Shown piece by piece: positions 54,447 to 64,000 of a stretch of 64,000 nucleotides of DNA. Under the pieces are notes generated by a model, which saw only the letters and a list, made by a program, of their open reading frames with translations, ran no database searches and was not told where the DNA came from. The translations under genes were made by a program, and so were the position numbers. Positions within the stretch are counted from its first letter, which is position 1; every line of letters begins with the position of its first letter. Origin of the DNA: Lobosporangium transversale (taxonomy: Eukaryota); assembly GCF_002105155.1 (NCBI RefSeq), contig NW_019028990.1:62001-126000 (forward strand), given 5' to 3'.

Positions 54447-54741
54447 TTACTCCTGTTGTTCTGGCTGTTTCAGCTGTTCTGGCTGTTCCGGCTGTCCCGG
54501 CTGTCCCGGCTGTCTCGACTTTTCTAGCTGTCGAGTCTTTGCTAGATGTGACTCCTTTGAAAGCTGTAGAGCCTTAATGGTTTCCTCTAGTTTGAGCAAC
54601 TTTTGACGGATTACAACCATCTCGATTACGTCCTGCAACCCTTATTAGAGCAATATAATAAAATAAATAAAAATTAACAATTTTTTTTTTTTTCTAATTA
54701 GCTTGGTGATAATTAGATAACTATGCAATTAGCCAATTATG

Positions 54742-54776
<35 letters not shown>

Positions 54777-56049
54777 AACCTTGCAAAATGCAAACACAAT
54801 CGATGATGAGAAACGATAGAACAAATGCTCTACTTTTTGCTCTGCTCTACCCTACTCTGCTCTGCTCTTCTTTGCTCTCTTCTGTTCTGTTCTGTTCTGC
54901 TCAACCCCTTCATCTTCAACTTCATCTTCAACTTCAACTTCAACCCCAACTCGATTATCCTTACCCTTTTGAAAAGCACTCTGAGCATTTCGCAGCGGCA
55001 TAGGCGCAAGTGCACCAAACCACAACAATGGATTTGGATTACGCTCCTTCTTTTTCTTCTTTTTCTTCAATGCTTCTGTATCCTCTGTTGTTGTTGATGC
55101 TACCGCTGGCCCATTTATGACTGTATCGTCCAAAGTCTCAACAGACGACGACGTAACGGATTTATCGCCTGTGTCAATGATTTTACTTTTGACGTACTTG
55201 TCATCGTCTACAAGTGTGTTATTATCATCATCGTTGATTGATGCAGATCCAGACGATGATGGTACTATTGCTGCTCCACCTCGTCGTCGTAAACCTGAAG
55301 GGACATCCCGGGTTTGAAATCCAATTAAATCAGGAATCGTTGCCTTGATCTCAACTTCATTGGCCTGTTGTTCGCCTCTTAATGCTTCGTCCCCTGCTTC
55401 TTCAGCCTGTTTGGCAGCCTGCTGTTGTTCTGCCCACAAGTCCTGTAGCTCAATGTCCGTTGATCCTTTTACTTTACTGAAGTGAATGAGGTGGAAGGAC
55501 AAGGAGAAGGATGAGGCAGCATAAGCACATAAAAGTGATTGGAAAAGTGAAACAATTGACCACTATCGTTCTTTCTACAATTACTAAAAAAAAAAAAAAA
55601 AAAAGGAACGTACACACCACGAATTGCCTTCATCCGAAGATCATAGCAGTCAGCAGACACATTCCTTGGACCCATGATGTACTTTGCCTGTGAAATATGC
55701 TCATGACCCTAGAGAATGGAGACGGATGGTCAGAAAGAAGAATTCTGGAACAGCGAGTATATCAACCAGCTGATAAATCAGCAGTAAACATGGAAAAAAG
55801 AAGAACCCGTCCCCGTTAAGGCACAGATGTGTGAAGATATAAGGCTAGAAAGAGATAGAGAGACAGAAAAGAAAGAAAGAAAGAACAGTAGATAAAAAGA
55901 AGAGGGAAAATGCAATGAATGAGCTTAACCTGTTGTAACTTTTCCGAGAGGCGATTCAATGCAGTAAGGTGCTCGTCAATGAGATCCATGTATTGCAGGA
56001 CCAATGAATCGAGTTCTTGACAAACATCAGACGCAGAGAGTGCAGGCAT
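54447..56049 (-). CDS. VMA22: V-ATPase assembly factor Vma22/CCDC115 family; 4 exons
   Basis: LDSLVLQYMDLI...GHEHISQAKYIMG...YDLRMKA and NPLLWFGALAPMPLRNAQSAF, typical of the family as I recall it. Confidence 0.85.
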
Positions 56050-56559
56050 GTTCAAGTTTGTTGTGAGGGTGATGCTGAGGCGGTGATGAAGGAATGGAGC
56101 ATTTATTTAGTTGGTCACAAAGTAAAAAAAAAGACCATTGATAAGACGCGTTTGATTTTTTATCCTTTACCTTTACTGCGATGCAATTGCATGCACATAA
56201 GCAAGCAAGCACGTGGATGTGATGTGGTAATCCAATCCACCGAAACTAATTCCTTCCGTCACTTTCCCACAGTTGGATTCGAACTGAATCGCATTTGTTT
56301 TTTTTTTTTTTTTTTTTACTTTCTTTCTTTAACAATGGGCAAAGCAAGATTCTTACTGTCATTCTTCTCTCTTTCTCTTCCTTCCTCTCACAAACACACT
56401 CACTCTCTTTCTCCTCCTCCTCCTTCTCCTTTCCATTCTCCTAGAACCCGTTTTACTCATTCATATAAATAAGGCTCCATCTCACTTTTTTTTTTTTTTT
56501 TTTCTTTTTTTTCTTTTGTCCTGTCTCATTCACGGATTCAACTACACCGGTTACTCATC

Positions 56560-57515
56560 ATGCCAACCCCTGCAATGTTCACTCGTCCACCAAGCCCTCC
56601 TATCATCAAGATCCCTGGTCATTTTGGTGACATCATGTCTAGGAGGTATGTCTCCGGAGCCACATTAACATTCATACTGCTGATTTAATTTTATTTAGTT
56701 TGTTAGTTATTTATTTATTTATTTATATATTTATTTATTTATTTTTATAAATTCCTCCATGTCTTCATACATTCCTTTAGGGACACGACTTTGACTCTAC
56801 CTGAAGGCTTTACTGGTCAAGAAAGGATCATGCTTACTGCTAATGGTAACCTGCAGCGTCTTATCAGGTAATAACAAACAAAATTTTTAAAAAAAGAGAA
56901 AAAAAAATTATATTCCGGAAAGACAAGGGATTGGTTTTTGAAATGGCATTTGGTGCACGGTCGATCTTCTTTTTGATCTTTTTTCACAGTAACAAACAAG
57001 TAACAACCACAACAATGATCATTATCACTTTATCATGCATTAGCGCATACTTCAACAAAACCGTCTCCATCACCATCCTTGAAAATACTCGAGTGCCTCT
57101 GCTCCCTGATGAGGATCCGGCCGTCATTGCTCGGTTCCAACGTGAGGTCAACTTGCTCTGTAATGAGAAAGTCGTCTGTAATGCTAAATCCCAAGTCCTG
57201 ATCAAAGATCAAGCGGTCTATGATCTCGTGGTCGAGAAGGGCGTGGGAATCGGTCAGATCTTTCGGTATCTGGATAAATTACCCTCGTTTGAATTACATG
57301 GCCTCGGAAGGACCGACAAGACCTTTTGGAGAGAATACTCTCTAGAGATCCCTGGGGTTTATTGTCGGTTACTCGAGGTCTTGCCTTCCTCCTTATTTGA
57401 TCATAATTGGTTGGAAAAGGAACCAGAAGACATCTCTTGGGATATCGACATTGGCCAAGGACAGATGACATGGATCAATCCTGATCTCCAGGACTGTCGA
57501 GTGTCTAAAGTCTAA
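56560..57515 (+). CDS. Hypothetical protein with predicted chorismate pyruvate-lyase (UbiC/Rv2949c-like) fold; 3 exons
   Basis: Exons 56560-56645, 56781-56867 and 57044-57515 splice in frame. Motif order ERIMLTANGNLQRLISAYF / FQREVNL / VCNAKS / GVGIGQIFR / FWREYSL / LLEVLP. Confidence 0.7.
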
Positions 57516-58210
57516 TGTCTCATGCCCAATGTCTAAACATCTCATACATAGAACCTTTAGATGAACTTTTTTTTTTTTTTTTTATTTTTATTTTTTTTAT
57601 TTTCATTCCCTTCCTCCATGTATTATATTATTCTACATAAAGCAAAGAGGTAAAAAGAAAGAAAATAACAACGATTATAATAACAACAATATTAATAATA
57701 ATAATAATAATAATAATAAAGGGTATGTTCCTTTCTGATACCAGCGTGATAATTAAAAGTTACAAAAGTTTGTAATTAACTCTCCAACGGTGGCAGCCAT
57801 TTCTCTGTATCTCTCTCTTAAGCAGTAGCAGCTATCTATCGACCACATTAAACCATTGACTGAGTTGAAGAACCATTACATATATATGCCCCCACCAAGA
57901 TTCTCTTGGGTAGCCCGTGATTGTAGTTTTGATGCTGGTCATAGTTTCAGCTATAGTAACATAATTGCTGGTGTTTATATATATATATACATAAATATAA
58001 ATATATATATAAACATCTATACAACATTTGTAGGGCCTTCCTGGCTCATCAGCTGTGATTTGATAACTGTTTACTCTTCAAACCTGTAGACTCTAGTTCA
58101 TTTAGCTCCTAGTCATCTCTGAGATTTTATTCAGTGATCTTAGAGTTTAGGGTGGTCAATATTTATATATACAAATAAGCGCAATTCTAAAGCTTGGGAG
58201 TGGAGGGAAG

Positions 58211-58246
<36 letters not shown>

Positions 58247-58810
58247 ATAGCCTAGCTGGTACCCTTTTACGTTTTGATAGATCCTTTTCTGTAAATCCTG
58301 CGGTAGCAAGTAGAATGAAAAGAGGTTTGCTTACGACAACGAAAAGATAACGATAGCGCAAGGGGGGCAATCGATGACACAAAAAGCAGATCGACCTGGT
58401 AAAAGTATGAAGACGATCTGACGCGCATTGTCCTGTTTGAATTCGAAGTTTCTCTTCTAAAAAAGACGTAACGATTGAAATCCATCCTACCCGGTTCCTC
58501 CTCGTGTCTTTGGAAAGATTGAACTGGAACACTCAAACGAAAAAAAAATAAAAAAAATAAAAGTCGATATCTCTTAATGATGATGATGAAGATGAAGGAG
58601 AACACCCTTGTTACATGTTATACACACATGTACCTTCAATGCTGCAAACGTTTGATTGTAGATGATTACTTTTTTTTTTTTTTATTAGATTAAGCTACAT
58701 GACTATTCATAAATTGATTCTAACGTTTTTTTTTTTTTTTTTTTTTTTTTTTTGCATGATGTTTTATATTCTATGTGTATATTTCTCATATTTCTCATAT
58801 TATAATTTGT

Positions 58811-60265
58811 CTATGCAATCAGCATCAATAGAGTCGCAAACATTGCAGTGCCTGTTGAAAGGATCATGAACGATGATGCACCATCCCTCTTCTGATAGAT
58901 GGTATGGGCACTGCTACGACTACGACTACCGTTAGGTTGGATGACCGCTCCACCTGGGACGGGCTCTCCAGAGAGACCCTCGACTCCCAAAGATGCATTG
59001 GACGGGTTCACAGGTGCAAGCCCGATCCTACTTGCACCTGGAGTGAAATCATATACAGTATAGACCTGTCTCAAGAATGGATCACCAAGGATGAAGATCT
59101 CGTAGTTGCCTAATGGCATCACCATTGAAATACAATTAGTGCTCCCCCGGATCCTGGCAACGTAATCCAGATAAGGGACTTCGTATTTGATACCGTTGAA
59201 CGTAATGCCAAAGGTTGTATTCCCAGTACAGGGCACATTATACACTTGATCGCTTTCAGAGAAAACTGCTCCCGGGAGTGTCGCATGGAACGCTCGGGCA
59301 AAGTCTATAGGCACTGCAATGAAGGAGGTACCGGTGTCAAAGAGCCAGGGCGATGTTTTGTACCCTGGCACGGGTGTGTTTCCTATATAGGCTCCATCAG
59401 CATCAATGAACCACATCCCCCTGCTCGTACCAAACCCTGTCGAGATGGGCACGTAGTTCAATGACCCTGTGTACTTTGTGCTGTCGATCCCTCCAAACAA
59501 GAACGAACCACCCTGTTTGTTGACCAGAGAAGGCGTCAAATAGACAGAGAAGACGTTCATGTCCAACAGTTTTTCCTTGAAGATTGTTTCCAACGGTGGG
59601 ATCGCATTCGTTACTGGGGACGTTGGCATCAGTCCGACCAGACCGGCGATACCTGGCCCATATGCAGAGAGATCCAATGCACTCCTTGTTACATCCAGAA
59701 TCTGTTGGTCATGGATGACTAGACCTCCAATGGCCACTGTATCCGCCACAATCGGTCCTGCGCCCCAGGAGCCATCACCATAAGTGATATTATAGGAAAA
59801 CGGTGTCTTTGAGCACGTATTACAGGTATAATGGGGCATTGACTCGCAAGTGCCTTGACATTGGTCGGATGTAATAACGATCATGTCCGAGCCAGTGTCA
59901 AAGACCACCTCGAACGATTGTGGTGGGGTTCCGAGGCTGATGATGCCAGTGTAGCCGAGATTCCTGGCATTGGTGAGGATAGAGTTGCCGAGGTATTTGG
60001 ACTGGATGAGATGGCCAGCACTTCCATTTAATTGACCCTTGGATGTTGAGGCGGTCGGAGAGGGCTTGGTGACGGTTACTTCGTATACTGCAGCGTCAGC
60101 AAGGGGACTGGAGGTGAAGGAGGAGAGGAGGATAGTGTTGATAATCAAGAAAAGTAAGAAGGAGAAAGAGTTACTCTTGGCAGCAGTAACTTTTCCACAC
60201 CTCCTTGATTGGTCTGTACTTGTGTTGGGGCTGAAAGTTTTATTGCATGAGGTTGTCATGGCCAT
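58811..60265 (-). CDS. Pepsin-family (A1) aspartic protease, secreted, with GPI-like C-terminus; intronless
   Basis: Catalytic motifs FDTGS and FDTGT, flap YGDGS, ILGDPFLR, and hydrophobic segments at both ends. Confidence 0.95.
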   Translation of the reverse strand: MAMTTSCNKTFSPNTSTDQSRRCGKVTAAKSNSFSFLLFLIINTILLSSFTSSPLADAAVYEVTVTKPSPTASTSKGQLNGSAGHLIQSKYLGNSILTNARNLGYTGIISLGTPPQSFEVVFDTGSDMIVITSDQCQGTCESMPHYTCNTCSKTPFSYNITYGDGSWGAGPIVADTVAIGGLVIHDQQILDVTRSALDLSAYGPGIAGLVGLMPTSPVTNAIPPLETIFKEKLLDMNVFSVYLTPSLVNKQGGSFLFGGIDSTKYTGSLNYVPISTGFGTSRGMWFIDADGAYIGNTPVPGYKTSPWLFDTGTSFIAVPIDFARAFHATLPGAVFSESDQVYNVPCTGNTTFGITFNGIKYEVPYLDYVARIRGSTNCISMVMPLGNYEIFILGDPFLRQVYTVYDFTPGASRIGLAPVNPSNASLGVEGLSGEPVPGGAVIQPNGSRSRSSAHTIYQKRDGASSFMILSTGTAMFATLLMLIA

Positions 60266-60511
60266 GTTGACGATTTGCAGCGACTGTTAACGTCGTCTGC
60301 TTTCTGACAGACGAGAGGAGGAAAAAAAAAAAAAAAAAAAAAAAAGGAGAGTTTTCAGGGGAGGAGGAGTGAGGGAATAGGTCTGTTATTGTAGACAACA
60401 AGACAGCAATTGTTGTTTCTAGGAGATTGAAATGAAGGCTAGATTAGGGGTTGAAAGAGATGGATTGAATGAGAGGAGAGGAGAGGATCAACGAGATGGA
60501 TGGAATGCGAC

Positions 60512-60542
<31 letters not shown>

Positions 60543-61600
60543 GAATACCATACCAACCAGGTGAGACAACAGTGGCAATTGAGAGGAATGAAGGTTTAAA
60601 AATATAAAAAGAACGTGCTCTCACTCTACAACAATAGTTTGACACTTTTTTTTTTTTAATGTCTGAGCAATGAAGGAGAGGGTGCAGTTACTTGCAAGTA
60701 CAGTAATACAGGTGTACAGTAGTATATAGTCAAAGGATGGTAGATGAAGAAAAAGAAAGAAAATAGAAAACGATAGAAAACAAAGGGAAAAGAAAGAGAA
60801 AAGAAAAAACAACATAGCCCGAACGGAACATCAATGTTGAGGGCGGAACATGGTATGGTCAATGATCCCATGGCCATGTGTATTCTTGTATTGCACGCGG
60901 AAAAAAAAAAAAAAAAAAAAAATGGCTGTGTGTTTCCATGTCATTCTTCTTCAGTGACAGTTGCAGTTTCTATTGATATCATTAGGGGCAATATGATTTA
61001 TCCGGGAAGAAAAACGCGTCCTATTCTTTGGCCTATCCAACACCCTCCAGGCCGGAAAATAGTTTGCCACCCTAAAAAATGTACAAACTGCCATATAAAG
61101 ACGCAGACAAATATACATCAATGAAATGATATGAAACGAGAAAACGTTAACGGGATAGTTAATTGATAAATTGGACCTGAAAGACATAGAGTAGACTATG
61201 GACGTGTTCAATTGCTTCTAAACACGCCACTGATTCTAACGTACACTTTTTTTTTTTTTTTTTTTCCCACTTGTACAACCCAATGGCCAATAAGGTGTTG
61301 CTTCTTTATATACATCCTATTCTCGAGTTATTCTTTAATAAGTTGATGACAACATTTGTGTATGTGGGGTAAGAAGTCTCTTTTGAGTGATTGCTTCATA
61401 GAAACCTAGGACCCTCACTAAATTCAGCATTAATGTGCGTCATGCGTGCGAAAATGAAATAAAGAGAGACAAAAGCATCATACCGTAGCTTTTTTTCTTT
61501 TCCTTTTTTTCTTCTTTGTCTCCTTTTTTTTTTTTTTTTTACTTTCTTTCAACTCATTCAGCTCCTTTCATTTCAGTTCATTCACACGCTCTCATCGTTC

Positions 61601-63611
61601 ATGAGCGTCTTCACAATACCTCTAGGCCTGGGTCTTACTGCCGCGGCACATATACACCTCTGTCACACAAGCCTCACTCATGCATACCAGCAGTATCAGC
61701 AGCATGCCGACCATTCAGAGCAATGGGGGGTCGATATCCTCATTCAGTCACTCTCGGACAGAGCCTTGCTCTCCGAGCTTGTTAGCCTCCTAGACCAGAC
61801 TTTGCAATGCGTAGACGGTGATGAAAACCATAGTATGACCAGGACTAGCATCAGAACCAGAACAGGAACCAGTACAGCAACCAGGACAGGAACCAGAACA
61901 GGAACCAGAACAAGGACCAGATGCAGTAATAATGAATGCACTCATCATCAGTTCCTACAACAGTTACGATACGCCAGATTAACCCCTTCAAGAACAATAT
62001 CAACGTCGTCAGTAAGAAGAAAGACAAGTTGTCAGGCCAATCATGACCCTGCTACCACCAATATAACCCCAATGCCAACACCAGTGATCACTACAGCTCA
62101 TCAAGATCAACAGGATAGTAACAGGAATGAGTCTAGGCGGCATGACCATGACCAGCATGCGACTGTTGCTGAGTTGAACATTTCTGTTGGTAAGGAGTTT
62201 TTTTTTTATTTTTTTTATTTCCCCTCTACCTTGCGAGTGAGGGAACTTGGCAAATGTAACCTCTCCCCCTCCAAAGAGTAAAAGTGTTCTGATTGACATT
62301 TTTTATTTTTATTTTTATCTTCCATTCTCATCTTAGAGCAAATTGAATTGTGGGTCAAGGCATGTAGGGAGCTACGGGTGTCCCAGGAGAGGGGTCTACA
62401 AAAGACCCTTGCCCAAATGGGCACGAGGACAAACAATGTCATTCGCCCATCACCACTTAATACCCTTAAAACAAACTTATTTGTGTCGCTGGTGTATGTA
62501 TTTGTATTTATATCTGTATATTGTATTATATTATATTTATATGCAGTATAATTTAAAATGTCCTCTTTTGTTTGGGGTTTGTGTTGTTTGTTCTTTTTCC
62601 TTTCTTTGTTCGCATAATGCATATGAGAGCATAACGTTAATATATTTGACCCGTGGGATTTTTTTTCTCATAAGCCTTTACTTTTTTTTTTTAAAAAAAA
62701 ATAGGTTGGGTGTTACCACGGCAACATGTTACTTTGCCTCTAAATTCTCATGGCAATATCTCTTGACAAGTCAGAGTTGTTGGTCATTAGCGCATACTAT
62801 CTATCTTCAACTCCCAAGGTCCTTATTCTCTGCTTCCACGTTGGTGAGCATCATTCAAGCATCAATCTCGACAGAAGATGCTAACAATGACACTAGTACC
62901 AACACCAGTACCAGTATCAGTATCGTACCTACTACAGGTTCAGCAAGTACAGGAGCAGCAACAACAACAACAACAACAACATCCTCATCATCAACATCAT
63001 CGTCATTAGAATTACTCCCGCTAGCACCTACAGCCTTCATCGCAGGAATGCATATCTTGACGGCCTTGAGACTTCGTTGGACTCTTCAAACCATTAAACA
63101 GCACACAAAAGCCCAAAGGACGTATGTGAAACGTATGAGACTCCTCATATCAAAGTTGTTTATCCGTGAACAGCGATTGTCCTACTTGCACCAATATATA
63201 AAACCTCAACAACAGCAACAACAACAGCAACTACCTCCAGAATCTTTGGTACCATCATCACTGTCATTGCCAGCAGCAACACCACCCTCACCAACCCCGG
63301 TATCACCCCCATCATCTAATCCGTTTAGATGGCTTCATGGATCGCTTCCTCTAGACCAAACGTCTTCTAGACAAACACCCGGCACATCATGCAGAACTAC
63401 GCGTATCTCAGACTTGCTTCGGTCTTCATCATCATTATCGTTACCATCAAGCGATGGTACCCTGGAAATAGATATGGCTGCATTGGCTCACGAACCCAAT
63501 CTTCTTCTTTTGAACATGGACATGTTCATACGAAACCCTACAGAACAGAGCAAGGTCTTGAGGATGGAGTTGGAGGCGCTTAGAAAGGAATTGATGGTTT
63601 TTCTTGACTGA
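61601..63611 (+). CDS. Hypothetical protein with low-complexity tracts; 3 exons
   Basis: Exons 61601-62189, 62337-62493 and 62705-63611 join in frame through GT-AG sites. No family recognised. Confidence 0.65.
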
Positions 63612-63939
63612 ATTCTTTTAGAATACCCATTATTGTGATCATAATAAACAAACTTCTTTCATTATTATTATTATTATTTTGCTTTCGTTTTTATTTTTTA
63701 ATCAATATCATCTGCCTAGAGGACGTCAACAAAAGAGAGGAGGAAAGAGAGAGGAGAGAGTTGAAGAGATAGGGGAAATAAAAAAAAAAAGACTGTACAA
63801 AATATATTCATAACCTGACAAGTGCTGAATGAAAGTGAGGTAGGGTGCATTCTCCTAGACTCTGATTGAGAGCGCGGGGGGGGTTTTTTTTTTTTTATTT
63901 TTTTTTGTTCGTCGAGATGACCATAAAGAGGGAGCTTCG

Positions 63940-64000
63940 CTAAGAACGAGGACTCTTGTTTGGGGGAACTGTAACTGTGGAAGGTGAGACACGCTTCTTT
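63940..64000 (-). CDS. Possible 3' end of a gene beyond the window
   Basis: Minus frame reads KKRVSPSTVTVPPNKSPRS then TAG, followed by A-rich sequence. Confidence 0.25.
   Translation of the reverse strand, partial: KKRVSPSTVTVPPNKSPRS

Noticed and set aside
56275..56285. GTTCGAATCC on the minus strand, like a tRNA T-loop or B-box
   Set aside because: The flanks do not form a T-stem or cloverleaf, so it is not a tRNA.

Overview
Eukaryotic, intron-rich fungal DNA. The Crinkler relic, the QDPR gene and the protein styles suggest an early-diverging fungus of the Mortierellaceae type; this is my inference. The first ~7.5 kb is a decay zone with a frameshifted Crinkler (CRN) gene, a disrupted secreted/GPI-type gene and other ORF relics. 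The rest holds 15 protein-coding genes, 14 of them spliced, which I reconstructed by hand: class I myosin, FAD monooxygenase, amino-acid transporter, POT/PTR2 peptide transporter, DH-only RhoGEF, dihydropteridine reductase, two tandem PP1 catalytic subunits, RAI1/DXO, a ZZ-finger/EF-hand protein, TIM9, a very long DYRK kinase, VMA22/CCDC115, a chorismate-lyase-fold candidate, an aspartic protease and one hypothetical protein. The strongest leads are: (1) many introns carry a poly(A) tract near the donor and a poly(T) tract near the acceptor that could pair, and an A29/T29 pair sits just before one start codon; (2) a spliced UbiC/chorismate-lyase-like gene; (3) a PP1 duplicate that lacks the CDK-site tail; (4) a hairpin-rich island at 16.3 kb that no gene explains; (5) a myosin-I tail lacking the acidic-Trp motif. 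I found no rRNA, tRNA, CRISPR array or intact transposon. All family assignments come from recognising motifs by eye, not from database searches.
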